Of a stretch of 64,000 nucleotides of DNA, positions 1 to 12,401 are shown piece after piece. A program made the position numbers and the translations under genes. How positions within the stretch are numbered: the first letter of the stretch is position 1; every line of letters begins with the position of its first letter. This stretch comes from Squalus acanthias (taxonomy: Eukaryota). The stretch lies in contig CM059425.1 of NCBI GenBank assembly GCA_030390025.1, forward strand, positions 160,952,001-161,016,000, in the 5' to 3' direction. Below the pieces are notes generated by a model, which was given only the letters and a program-made list of their open reading frames with translations, was not told the DNA's origin and searched no databases.

Positions 1-140
1 AAGGTACAATGGCACAGAAAATAACTGCCAACTGCAGCTTAAAAACAAATTGCATGATTGCATGCACCGTTGTCTTTATATTGTTCTGCTGCTATGGAAT
101 ATGTTCTGCAATGTAACAAAGAAAGAAAGAATTTTCATTT

Positions 141-362
141 ACATAGTGCTAGGAACATAGGAACAGGAGTAGGCCATTCACCCCCTCGAGCCTGCTACAC
201 CATTGAATTAGATCATGGCACCCACAGCCTTTTGGGAGATAGAGTTCCAGATTTTTACTACCCTTTGTGTGAAAAAGTGTTTCCTGATTTCACCCTTGAA
301 TGGCCAAGCTCTTATTTTAAGATTATGTCCCCTTATTCTTGATGCCCCCACCAGAGGAAATA
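141..362 (-). mobile_element. CR1 LINE 3' fragment (internally deleted)
   Basis: Reverse-complement CR1 tail (acataggaacaggagtaggccattcaccccctcgagcctgct...gatcatggc) followed by the ORF2 C-terminal region. Matches the CR1 copies at 8500-8610 and 21236-21330. Confidence 0.85.
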
Positions 363-409
363 ATCAAATTGTCAAGTTACCTCAAAACATTTCACAGCCA
401 TTGAATTTA

Positions 410-621
410 TTTTTGAAGAGTAGTCACTGTTGTTATGTAAGCAAACTTAGGATCCAATTTGCACACAAGGCATAACTTTTGGATAGAACACAGCCAGAAC
501 TTTCCTGAACTTCCTTGAATAGTGCCAAAGAATATTTTACATCCACCTGAGGCCTAGGTTTAAGGCACCATCCAAAAGACAACACCTTCAATAATTCAGT
601 GCTCCCTCAGTGCTGCACTGA
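410..621 (-). mobile_element. Degraded tRNA/Deu-type SINE fragment
   Basis: Blocks tttgaagagtagtcactgttgttatgtaa...ccaatttgcacaca and ccatccaaaagacaacacc...ctccctcagtgctgcactga are reverse-complement matches to the SINE at 2651-3109. Confidence 0.7.
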
Positions 622-1580
622 CACTATTTGAAGACAAGCAAAGAAGTTTTCACTGGCAAAACATTGATCCCGCAACCAACACCATCCAAAAGAGATTGTA
701 TAGTCATTCATTCATTCATTTGCTGTTTATGGGGTCTGTTCGTGCACAAATTGACTGCCACATTTGCCTATTTAATAATGTTAATTGCAAAGTTATTAAT
801 TTGTAGTAAAGCATTGTAAGCCAACATCAGGACTCAATCTTCAGGAGACAAAGCTGTTTCTCTGGTCTGGACCACTTCCCTCCCCCCACCAACGGGGTCC
901 TCTTACACCCTTCTAGAGGCCAGTGCAGCTCATCTCTCCCTGACAGTATCTTTGTAAGCGATGGGCAGACGTTCCACCCTTATAAGGCCAACCAGGAATC
1001 CAAGCGTAGGCCGGGATTATCCGGGTCCCAGTCTATTTTTGAATTTCCACCAGACTCTCACTGGAGTTACAGTGGGAGTCTGCCATAATGCCAAGGCAAT
1101 TTGGTTCCCATTTCGCTTGATGGAGACTTTCTCACTCGGGACAAGCACCTTCTATTCTCAGCCCCCTCCCCATCCTAAAAAGTCAACATAGATAAACCAT
1201 GAGCCTGTTCAGATCCACTGATTAAGGGAAAATATTCACAGAATGTTTTGATGCCTTGTTTATTGCCTCCTTCCAGAAGTCTAAACCTAGGTAGGCATTA
1301 ACAAAACTCAAAAAATTATAGTGGGGACAAGCATTGCACTTGCCGTAGGGAAATGCTATCTTCATCCCGAGTGCAGCAGAATTTTCTGAACAAGTTGGCT
1401 GCAAGCTAATGTCAACAATAGGGGTGTGACCCAAGCCAAATTTAAACCCTGAAAGTTATTCAAATTGGAGTGTTTGGGGCTAAGAAACCACAATACTCTG
1501 AAGGGTGGGAGAGTACTTTCAATCTGAGTCATTTCCCCAGAATACTACAAAAACAAATCCAGTTAAACAATTCAGGTACA

Positions 1581-2337
1581 GGGCTGGAAATTGGTTTCAC
1601 CCCATTTCTGGACCAAAGATAGGCGACGCACTCAGAGTGCACTTCAGAAGCTGTAGGCCTGAGGCTTTTCTGAAATTTGACCTTGGGCCTTATCAGTGTA
1701 ATTGTGGCTGCAGACACAAATCGGGGATCCCGAAGCATCTAGCTAATAGTGGACCTCAGGTAAATCTTATGGGGGGCGGCGGGGAAGAGAACAGGAGGGG
1801 GTTGAGTGTGGGCAGGCAACGGCACTCAGGGTCAAAATCCTGGAACGCCCTACCTAACTGCATTGTAGGAGCACCTTTACTACATGGTTCAAGAAGGCAG
1901 TCCACCACCACCTTCTCAAGGGAAACTAGGTATGGGCAATCAGTGCCGACCTTTTCTCAGTGACACCCACATTCCAAGAGTGGATTAAACAAAAAGGAAT
2001 GCTGCTCTTTCTGACACCACATGAAGGTAAGTTACAGAGAAGAAACTTACCTTTTTGTTGCCGGACTTTTCAGGACTGTTGGTTAGGCTGCAGCAAGAAC
2101 AGGAAAACCTCAGCAGAGTTGCCCTGTTCAGCACTGACCAATTTTAGCGATGGGTCCTTAAACAGGCATTAGGCCCCTCATTAGTATATGAAAGGGGCCT
2201 AACCTGTTTAAGGCAGCCGCCAAGGATGCCCGAATATCGCCTGAGCCAAAATGACAGGTCATTGCCGCACAAAATTGGACCTGTTCACCCCAATTTTGCA
2301 ACCAAAAAAATGGCATAACAAGGTCCAATTTCTCCCC
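1581..2337. mobile_element. Putative Harbinger-type non-autonomous element, interrupted by a LINE fragment
   Basis: Left end GGGCTGGAAATTGG; right end reverse-complements to GGGGAGAAATTGG. Same terminal style as 16083-16725. Confidence 0.5.
1828..1995 (+). mobile_element. 3' end of a second CR1-group LINE family
   Basis: gggtcaaaatcctggaac...ggttcaagaaggcagtccaccaccaccttctcaaggg matches the 3' end of the LINE at 23128-23675. Confidence 0.8.
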
Positions 2338-2650
2338 TAAAATTTCTCCAACTGGTCTTTTACAGCATGCAATCTTTAATTTGAGTGGCAGAGCTGGGAT
2401 CGGTATTCAGGACTGGGAAAGATGCAGACCCTCCACTCAGTAAAATGACAGCTGGACAGAGAGGTGGCAACTGAATTTATAATCTGAGCAAGCCTTGCTA
2501 ATCCAAGAGGCTGGTGTTTGACGAGCAAAATATAAATATTTTTGACATTGGAGACATTTTAAATAAATGTTTTCAATAGTTTTTTCAGAGAAAGGTATTT
2601 CAGATTAATACTTCACAAATACCTTGGTCTTACCCATATTTGGTCCCTTA

Positions 2651-3109
2651 GGTGTCAGCCATGGCTCAGTGGTAGCTCTCTAGTCTCTGAGTCAGAAGGT
2701 TGTGGGTTTCAAGTCCCACTCCTGAGACTTGAGCACAATATCTTGGCTGACACTTCAGTGCAGTACTGAGGCACTGTTGGAGGTGCCGTCTTTCAGATGA
2801 GACTTTAAATCAAGGGCCCGTCTGCCCCCTCAGGTAGACGTAAAAATCCCATGGCACTATTCCGAAGAAGAGCAGGGAAGTTCGCCCCGTGTCCCGGCCA
2901 ATATTTAGCCTTCAACCAACATCACTAAAACAGATTATCTGGTAATTATCACATTGCTGTTTGTGGGACCTTTCTGTTTGAAAATTGTCTGCCGTGTTTT
3001 CTGCATTAGAACAGTGACTACACTTCAAAAGTACTTCACAGGCTGTAAAGCATTTTGGGACGTCCTGAGGACATGAAAAGCGCTATATTAATGCAAGTTC
3101 TTTCTTTCT
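2651..3109 (+). mobile_element. Near full-length tRNA-derived SINE (DeuSINE/SacSINE1-like) with L2-type tail
   Basis: Pol III A-box-like TGGCTCAGTGG and B-box-like GGTTTCAAGTCCC, a central body also seen at 26484-26863, and the 3' tail gcgctatattaatgcaagtt(ctt)n. Confidence 0.85.
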
Positions 3110-3110
3110 C

Positions 3111-3585
3111 ATCCAAAGCTCTACTGCCCATATCCTAACTCATACCAAGTCCCGTTCACACATCACGCCTGTGCTCGCTGGCCTACATTGGTTCCCGTTC
3201 TGGCAAAGCCTTGATTTTAAAATTATCATCCTTGTTTTCAAATCCCTCCATGGCCTCACCCTCACCTATCTCTGTAACCTCCTCCGGCCCCACAACCCTC
3301 CGAGATCTCTGCAATTCTGGCTTCTTGCACATCCCCGATTTTAATCGCTCCACCATTGGCAGCTGTGGCTTCAGCTGCCTGGGCCCTAAGCTCTGGAATT
3401 CCCTCTTAAGCCTCTCCACCTCTTTACCTCTCTTACCTCCTTCAGGACGCTCCTTAAAACCTACCTCACCTCTCCTAATATCTGGGCTCGGTGTCAAATT
3501 TTGTTTGATAACGCTCCTTTGAAGCGCTTTGGGACGTTTTACTACGTTGACCGTGCTATATAAATGCAAGTTGTTGTTCTTTCTT
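3111..3585 (+). mobile_element. L2 LINE 3' fragment
   Basis: Frame from 3111 reads IQSSTAHILTHTKSRSHITPVLAGLHWFPFWQSLDFKIIILVFKSLHGL, the typical L2 ORF2 C-terminus (HITPVL..LHWLP...FK). Ends gctatataaatgcaagttgttgtt. Confidence 0.88.
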
Positions 3586-4978
3586 TGAAAAGAACATATG
3601 CACGAAAAACCCCTTTGTCCATATGCACCTCCATTTTCTTTATCCTGCTGTAAGTTTCCTGAGACAATGGCAGGTCACAAGTAGTCGGCAAGCAGCTGCC
3701 ATTTATGGAATGAGTCACAGCAACAAAGATAAATATTTAAACCAAGCTAGCGTATGTTGGGGGAGCATCCAACTTCTGTCATTTGAGTGGGATAGGGATG
3801 CAGATGCTGTTTGCCTAGTTTGTGTTTCTTGTCTCTGATGACATAATGGGAAGGTCGAGACTTCCAACCATCCAATCCCTGTTAGTCTATTAGTGGGATA
3901 AGTACTCATTGCTTCTTCAGGAGTCTGCAATCTAATCCTTGGCAGTGTCAAGGTCACTATTCATTTGCTTTCCCTTACAGTGCAGAATTCTACACATGTT
4001 CCCTGACAATCTACAAAAATACATATAGTCACCATCCAGATTATATCTTTGATTCCTTATCCTAAACATCTGAATTTTGGGCCCGTTAAGCTAAAATTAA
4101 AGTCAGTCCCACACGAACTTAAAACTGTCACCACGAACCAGTTAGCCAAGTTTCTTAAAGATCTCCTTAGGGAGTTGATATTAATCTAATCCCAATGTTG
4201 TAATAACTCGTAGCAAGTCACAACTGTGTTTACATGACCGACCCAGAGTACTACTGGAGAGCTTATGGAAAAGTCTATCAAAAAAGGTCACCAACATTTT
4301 CTATTGCTATTTATTTTGTAATTGTTTTTCAATTAGCTAAAAAGAAAGCAGTATTTTTATCTCCTACAATTCAAAATAGTTCTTGCAGTAATCATTAAGA
4401 ACATTTGAGATCATCATTGAGATCTTAACATTTTCCATCCAAAGAAGAATGAATGCCCTATTGGAGGCAAACTAAATCAAATCTGAGCCAAAACATTCAT
4501 TGATAACAGGTACAGTACAGGCTAGGAGGTGCTACAGTGCCACCACTAGCGGGAGGGTATAATTACAGCATGACAAGTTTACATAGCCAGTTTCCATTAT
4601 AAATGTGGATGTAGGAATTTATAATAGAAAAAGTTGACAGAAGGATGGCAAAAATGTGACAACAGGAAGTAAGGTTTTGTAGACAGGAAGTGTGCATAGA
4701 CGTAATTTTTTAACATAGATGTCTGGAATGAGTAATTATGATTTTTTTAAAACCTGCTTGGCCCATATTTCCAGACTTGACCTTGGAAGTCTAACACATT
4801 CTAATTAATTTGTTAGTAAGAAGAGATGAAGGGGGTGGTGCTGGTTTACATGCTAGAAAGCTCAAAATAACCTCCTTGTCAGAGAGGGAAGCTCATTAAG
4901 GGCCATCCATTACAGGAAACAAAATTTTCTTGACGTGTACAAATTATCTTTCATGAGTCAATGTGTTAAAATTTTCAG

Positions 4979-5470
4979 ATTAGAGCAACAGAACTGAAAA
5001 ACAAAGACGAATACCTGGAGAATTCCCAGTTTTTGCAGTCAGCCATTCAACCTGGGCAAGAAGATTCATGCCAGTATGTAACCTTGACAGAGTGTCCTAA
5101 CTGCATGGATGAACCTGAAAAGAACGACATTTGCATGAACTTGAGCATTCAATCTTCACATCATTTAAGAGGTGCTGGGAAATTCCAGTCATCAGTTGGC
5201 GTTGTGAATGAGAAAGAAAAACAAAAGGAGAAGCACTCCTCACTCCCAGCACAACACAAATCCAGAGTGGTTTATTTGCCGAAAAGAAAGCAGTTGCAGA
5301 GAAATCAGAGCTTTACCTCGATACAATCACTTACAGCCATGAATAGGAATGCATGGACAGGAGAGAGAAACGAGGGAAGCCTGCCTCTTGTAGGGCTCAC
5401 TCAACATGTCTTGCAGAAGTTGCACTCCCCCAAAGACTCTTCCAACTTATGGTCACAAAGTAATGCTGAG
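4979..5470 (+). pseudogene. Candidate coding exon A of an unidentified, probably decayed gene (164 codons, open)
   Basis: Acceptor attttcAG (4977-4978), donor GAG|GTAAGT (5471), 492 nt, phase 0/0, stop-free (IRATELKNKDEYLENSQFLQSAIQPG...WSQSNAE). In-frame stops lie just outside both splice sites (4967, 5492). Confidence 0.55.
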
Positions 5471-5493
5471 GTAAGTGTCACTGAAGAGGATTA

Positions 5494-5630
5494 ATGGAAG
5501 CGAATTTCCTCGGGGCTTCTCCCGCTCTGCAGCCGTAACTGTGGTGGAGGCCATGTTTACACACGTAAACAGGGTTTCCGCCAAAGTTATGGCAGCACAG
5601 CGGGAGAAGCCCCAATGAAATTCACCCTCT
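5494..5630. mobile_element. Palindromic MITE-like hairpin
   Basis: 59-nt arms 5502-5560 and 5565-5623 are inverted repeats with 10 mismatches and a 4-nt loop (ACAC). Confidence 0.75.
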
Positions 5631-5911
5631 AAATTGTGTTCTGAGCAATTGTTTTATACCCTACATTTACTGAGTTTTTAAAAGTGCCCAAAACTTGAGC
5701 AGCACCTCAAAGGAAATTTGGGCCCAAAAATCCGCTGGCTGAACACCGACAGTTATGCCAGGAGCCACTGCCACTGCCCTCCAACATTGACCCTGGTCAG
5801 GGGGGTCATCTAATTTAATGGGGCCTGTGGCTGCCCGCGTCACTGTGTGTGCATCTCCAGTGCCCACCTGCCACATGCAATTCTTGATTTTCTTTACAGC
5901 ATAAGAACTTT

Positions 5912-6023
5912 GGGCATGAAATTGGTCTGCAACAATGGAAAAGAAAATCGGGCGTGGTGTAAAACTGGCAGCCAATTCGCTATGAGCTTGTTTCGCACTA
6001 CTGGCGTAGACCAATTTCACCTC
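5912..6023. mobile_element. Short MITE-like element
   Basis: Terminal inverted repeats TGAAATTGGTCTGC and (reverse complement) TGAAATTGGTCTAC. Confidence 0.6.
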
Positions 6024-6050
6024 ATTTGTTATTTTTTCCCTATGTTTCAG

Positions 6051-6168
6051 TGAGCACATCTACAATCTTCCATGGTCAGGAGGGCAGAACAATCCAGCCT
6101 ACCAATGCCCCCATTAGCCTGTCTCCTTATTTGAGACCCACCCATGGAGATTCTCTTGATTACTGCAG
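6051..6168 (+). pseudogene. Candidate exon B of the unidentified gene
   Basis: Strong acceptor ttttttccctatgtttcAG, donor CAG|GTAGGA. One frame is open (STSTIFHGQEG...SLDYC, phase 1 to 2). The phase-0 frame is open except for two TGA codons. Confidence 0.4.
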
Positions 6169-7069
6169 GTAGGATCACCTTCCTAGGATCAAATTTAAAT
6201 ATGAAGAGCCTGGAATGTATTGAGTGATCCAGCAATAGCTGAATATTTTTCTTCCAAACCTATAAAGTCACAACTGCACACATGTAGGGATCTGAAAATA
6301 TCTCGAAACTGTAAAATCCTTGAACTAACAAAGTTTGAGCCTTGTCCATCTTTTAAACTTTATTTCTGTTTCCTTCCATTCCTTTTGGTTTTCCCCAGGC
6401 CACCTTGTTGTGAACAAAAGAGGGTTACAGGCAAGTGGCTCCCATTCCTCTCCCAATGCCATGAGGTACACAAAAACAGCTGGGGTGATTTTTCTTCTTC
6501 CATGTGGGAACCACATCATCACTTCTCATTGCTTATCCCTAACAGCAAGGTTGAGATCAGGAACTCATCTGATGGGACATATGAGCACAGACTCACATCT
6601 GCAGCCCATGAAACCACACATTATAGTAATAAACCTCAATGTTTTTTGATAAACGTCTGTGCATTTTCTCGGTATTACAATCAAATAAAACAATTTTAGT
6701 AATTTTGAAATTTTACATACTTTTTAATATTTTACATATCAAGCAGATCCTCTTGAGTTGTATCAAATATAATGTAGGAATTTGAGTAGCAAGAAGCAAG
6801 TATTTTTTTTTAAATTTTAAATAAACCAAAGTCTCGTATAAATCTCTGATGAATGTACCAATGTCACAGAAAAAGATTTACCCTGGATGTGGAGTGGATC
6901 TTTGCAAACACATGGAACTTTATAATTCAGCAGTTACAATTCTTATTAACTGTCACATCAAATATTGTTTCAGTTGTTTCCTGCAACTTTGGTTCAGTTT
7001 ATATCTACACTTGCTTTGAAGCGCGTCTATCTTAGCTGGTTCTGCCCTAGACCTATGGCTTCCAATCTG

Positions 7070-8611
7070 TGACTAGGGAACATCCTAGGGTTTTGAAAGA
7101 GGTGGTCATTGGGATAGTGGATGCATTGGTTGTCATCTTCCAAAATTCTATAGATTCTGGAACGGTTCATGCAGATTGGAGGATAGCAAATGTAACCCCG
7201 CTATTTAAGAAAGGAGGGAGAGAGAGAACGGGGAACTAAAGACCTGTTAGACTCACATCAGTAGTTGGGAAAATGCTGGAATCTATTATAAAGGATGCAA
7301 TAACTGGGCACTTAGAAACTAATAGTAAGATTGGGCAGAGTCAACATGGATTTATGAAAGGGAAATCCTGTTTAACAAACCTATTGGAGTTCTTTGAGGA
7401 TGTAACTAGTGGAGTAGACAAAGGGGAACCGGTAGATGTGTATTTGGATTTTCAGAAGGCCTTCGATAAGGTCCCACACAAGAGGTTGGTGAACAAAGTA
7501 AGGCACATGGAATTGGGGGTAATATACTAGCATGGATTGAGAATTGGTTAACAGACAGAAAACAAAGAGTAGGGATAAATGGGTCTTTTTCAGGATGGCA
7601 GGCTGTGACTAGTGGGGTACCGCAAGGATCGGTGCTTGGGCCCCAGCTATTCACGATCTATATCAATGATTTGGATGAGGGGACTAAATGTAACATTTCC
7701 AAATTTGCTGATGATACAAAGCTAGGTGGCAGTGTCAGTTGTGAAGAGGATGTGAAGAGGCTTCAAGGGGATCTCGACAGGCTCAGTGAGTGGGCAAGAA
7801 CATGGCAGATGGAATATAATGTGGAAAAAACAGAAAGGCAGAGTATTTCCTAAATGGTGAAAGATTGGGGAATGCAGATGCTCAAAGGGACCTGGGTGTC
7901 CTTGTACATGAGTCACTGAAAGTGAATGTGCAGGTGCAGCAAGCCATTAGGAAGGCAAATGGTATGCTGGCCTTCATTACAAGAGGATTTGAGTACAGGA
8001 GTAAAGAAGTCTTACTCCAATTATATAGGGCCTTGGTGAGACCACACCTGGGGTACTGTGTACAATTTTGGTCTCCTTACCTAAAGAAGGATATACTTGC
8101 CATAGAGGGAGTGCAATGAAGGTTCATGAGATTGATTCCTGGGATGGCGGGACTGTCGTATGAGAAGAGATTGAGTAAACTAGGCCTGTATTCTCTTTAA
8201 TTCAGAAGAATGAGAGGGGATCTCATTGAAGCATATAAAATTAGTACAGGGCTTGATAGGGTGGATGCTGGGAGAATGTTTCCCTTGGCTGGGGAGTCTA
8301 GAACCAGGGGCCACAGCCTCAGGATAAAGGGTAGGCCATTCAGGACTGAGATGAGAAGAAATTTCTTCACACAGAGGGTGGTGAATCTTTGGAATTCTCT
8401 ACCCCTGAGGGCGGTGGAGGCTCAGTCATTGGGTATATTCAAAACAGAAGTCGATAGATTTCTGACTAGTAAGGGCATCAAGGGATATGGCAATAGGGCC
8501 GGTGAATGGAGTTGAGGCAGAAGATCAGCCATGATCTCATTGAATGGCGGAGCAGGCTCGAAGGGCCGAATGGCCTACTCCTGCTCCTATTTCTTATGTG
8601 CTTATGTTCTT
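7070..8611 (+). mobile_element. 5'-truncated, degenerate CR1 LINE (RT domain to 3' tail)
   Basis: Split ORFs with [41 protein letters not shown] and FADD motifs. Stops, frameshifts and an internal deletion near 7828. Tail ttcttatgtgcttatgttctt. Confidence 0.95.
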
Positions 8612-9598
8612 AAACAGGTACCAGGCATTTCAGTGCAAGTGACTTTCTTTCTTGTCCTGTCACACAATATTTTAAGAGCTGAAAATGGGTAGCCCCTGAA
8701 TTACTGTACTCATTATATCATAAAGGACTATGATACCCTTTTGTGAAAGGTAGCAGCATCTACTTTCAACTGTCAGTTGCTAAAAATAACACAAAATACA
8801 CCTGTTCCATTGACGTGGAAACAGCAATATTGTATGAAAACTCAAAACAATTATTTGAAACTTTACCCTCTATCTTTGCTAAAATTAAAACTATAAAATT
8901 CTGTCAACTCATTCACCACATTACACAAAGCACTAAAGCCTACGTCTGTACAACACTGAGACACTGGAATTCTGAAAAACTGTAAAATATTCCAGCTTTA
9001 ACTTGCACTACAAAATAAACACATTTACGGTCAATGGGTAAAAAATCTATGAGGAGTGAATTAAAGCCTATAATTTAATGTCTGATGCTGCTGTAGTGAT
9101 TTATGATATCAGCTAAATTGGCTCAATTAGATCATAGCTAAGATCACAACTATGGCTGGAACCATGGGATATGATGGCCAGCGGAAAAAAAATCATGAAA
9201 ACCTTGTAATAAAGTGAAAATTAACTTATTCAGTCACCATAAACCAATGGCCCTAATTATAAATGAACAGATTCACAGTATGTAATCCCCAAACCATTAA
9301 TTAAAAAAATCCCACAATCCCACATGATAAAAACTTATTCAGTCACTGTAAACCATTGGTCTTGATTATATCATTGCAGCTCACTGCATGGTGTCCATTA
9401 CTCTGTAGGGGTAGTTTTACAAGTGTGTGCTGCCAGCGGGAAGTCTTGCCTGCCAGCAACACATACTGGAAACTCATGACCAGTTTTCTGTTAACTGCAA
9501 TGCAAACAAGTGTTTTTGTTTAGGTCGAAACATGTTTGCATTTAAAACAAAATAGTAAATTGATATATTGTCACATTTGTTTTATTTTTGTCTTCTAG

Positions 9599-9728
9599 AG
9601 ACATAGTAAAGAAATACTGTCCCAAAAGTACTTCAACTGGATCTTTGCCCGCCTTTCCCATTAGTTCACTTCACACAAGGGCTGGTGGTGGTTTACTGCA
9701 TGCAAGATCCAAATCTGGAGTGCAACCC
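9599..9728 (+). pseudogene. Candidate exon C of the unidentified gene
   Basis: Acceptor tttatttttgtcttctAG, donor CCC|GTAAGT (9729). Open frame DIVKKYCPKSTSTG...SGVQP, phase 2 to 0, compatible with the phase-2 end of exon B. Confidence 0.45.
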
Positions 9729-11541
9729 GTAAGTGTGCAAAAAGGAAGACCCAGGACATACCCACACCTCTCACCTTTGACCTGTGACTCTGGCACCCAA
9801 TTTGTTTTTGAACTTGAAATCAACAGAAAAGATAGTTAGCCGCCCTGTGTACAAGCAACCCATTTATTCTTCAGGAACAGCTTGGAAAGATGTATCCAGG
9901 TCACCTGACCCTGTGTTGTCACAGAAACATCTGAACCCTAACTCATCTTGCAATTAAACCCTGGACCAGCACATACATAACCTTTGACATATAAATGTTG
10001 GATTTCCACTTTATCAACTATCTGAAATATGTTGCCTCTTTCAATAAGCTTTGGATCACCACCAGGATCTCAATAAGTAAAAAAAAATGGAAATTTCTGT
10101 TTTGTGCATCTTTAACATTTTAGGTCTCAGCCACCCTCTGATGATTTAGAAAAAGCTGGCAACCACAAATTTATGATGCAATTACTTTTAATTATTGACA
10201 GTGGCAACCTTTCTCAACTAAACCTTCATTTCATATTGTTAATGGATACGAAAAACCAACACGTTCTTTGAATATTTAGCATTGTCTCTTCCGAACTGGA
10301 TTGCTCTTAGTTAATTAGAGCTGTACACAGACATTCAAGTAACTGGGACACCACAGACGTGATCGGTAAACAGCATTGTATGTGTTTATAAATACAAAAT
10401 GCCATCTGTAATCACATTTTGGAACCTCCAGAATAAAGAGGCCGGCTTCAAGAAGAGAATTTTAATAGAGCTTCAGCAATGCAGAGATTGGAGTCGACCT
10501 TTATTTGTAGGAAGCTTTTACCTGTTGCCTTTGTAGTGCCTGCAATACAGTGAGGCTGAAGCAACTGATCTTTGGACCTTTGTAGACAAGGAACTGTGGC
10601 ACAGTCGAAAACAATGGAGATTCCTGAAATTCTAAAGAGTTACGGGGATAAAATGAAATTCTTCTTTTGTATTGACTTCTCAATGCATAATAAAACTAAA
10701 ATGTAGATAATCTTGGATAAAGATTGCTGCACATTGTGTTTTATAAATAGCAAGTTCCTGCATCTTGTAGTGTTTATTAGTGGACAGCACATTGTATCTA
10801 AATAGACAGGGATAAAAAAAATGATAATTTTAAGCTAGACAATTAAATAATTATGCAAACTTCAATAAGTCAGGTGTGCCACAATTGATGTGATTACAGC
10901 TATGTGCTTTTTTTAAATGAAAACCCACACTGTGTGTTAGTCAGCCATTACCCATCATGCATGGTTTAACAACAACTAGTGCAAGAGGTTCACACTGAGA
11001 CAATCTAAAACAAAAATGAGTAAATACTAGAAATGACCAAATACAGACATTCTGTACCTGAGCTTTCTTCCTTCGCAAAGAAATAATTATTTGAAATTAG
11101 AATGAATTGTATGCTTAAATATGTGTATTTTGAGAAAACCAGGGCCTTAATTATAATTTGTTTGCTATAAATAGCACTTCAGCATACAACTATTGTGAAG
11201 AATTACAACATGGTCTGATTATTGTGAGATGAAACAAACCTGTTCTGTAATTCACTTTGCAGATGTCTAGTTAGTCAATCAAGTGATCTGTAATCACAAA
11301 CCCTGTCAGAAAATGAATGAATAATGGGCTGTGATAAAATGGTGGGATTTTCTGGTGTGCTTGTTCCATGTGGTGAATGCCATCTGTAATTGTCAGGTCC
11401 TGTTGGCTTTGTTCTTTATTTGAGCAGGGAAGTTAAACTATGTACTGTTCCCTTCATCCAGGGAATCTGCAAACAAGAGGATTGAGTTAAGCAGAGAAAG
11501 GGCTCATGAAAGTGATAGGGAAGCTTTTGAAACAATATTAA

Positions 11542-11726
11542 GGGATAAATTCTATCTTCCCCACATGGGCAGTAATCTAGCAGAGTGGATTGCCCGCCCA
11601 TTGCAGAACCCACCTTATTTTCATTCCAGTGAAATCAATGGAATGAAAATCAGATAGGCACTATAACAGACAGGTGATTTGCTCCGCCACATTACTGTAT
11701 ATGCAGTGATGAGGAAAATTTACCCC
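11542..11726. mobile_element. Palindromic MITE-like element
   Basis: Central inverted repeat TTTTCATTCCAGTGA-aa-TCAATGGAATGAAAA, degenerate pairing outward, termini GGGATAAATT / AATTTACCCC. Confidence 0.65.
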
Positions 11727-12328
11727 AAATGTTTTAACACTACTACTATTATCACTAAACCTTTGTTTAAAAGCGTAAGCAGTGTGCACAATGGTCCAGT
11801 AGCTCAAGCTGTTGGAAGTTCAGCACCAAGTGTATGTTGCCTATTTGAATCACAGAGCTGTTTATCACTTACATTCACTGAGCTCCATTGGTTGAGTTTC
11901 ACCAGCTTGGAACTGCTTAGATGGAGTGCAGTTCAGAAACACATTTACCCCAAAAATCCATGATGTGGGGGTGGGGCACCTTGGTGTGAGGACTGAGATG
12001 CGTCCATCGTGGACCTTCACTGCTTACCCAGCAGATGACCAAGATTTAATACAAGGTGCATGATATTGTTGGGCAGTTGATCAAATATGCCTAATTACTC
12101 TTTGTCGCACGGTAATGGTTTATGTATGGCCCTACTTAACTGCTGACAACTTTTTTTCTCCATTACTATAATACTAAAAATGACAGTTATCAAGTGTCAC
12201 ATGAACAACAATGCACACATTATGCTATCATATTTTATTGATTTGAATATAAGGCTAATTCACAAAAATAATACGCTTTTTGATGCTGACTAGTTATATT
12301 TCTGTTCCTATTCAGCAAGGCCCACTAG

Positions 12329-12401
12329 AAAGAAAGACTAGCACCTTTCATGACTTCAGGATGTCCCAAAGCATTTTACAGCTAATGGAGTACTTCTGAA
12401 G
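12329..12401 (-). mobile_element. SINE 3' tail fragment
   Basis: aagaaagact..gcacctttcatgac..caggatgtcccaaagcattttacagc matches the reverse complement of the SINE tail at 3030-3109. Confidence 0.7.

Noticed and set aside
2651-2725. tRNA gene
   Set aside because: The A/B boxes belong to a SINE head that continues into the SINE body; no complete cloverleaf is evident.
5383-5430. PLVGLTQHVLQKLH resembles the Period-family VGLTK.VL..H motif
   Set aside because: Short match only. No PAS or other PER features are visible in the candidate exons.
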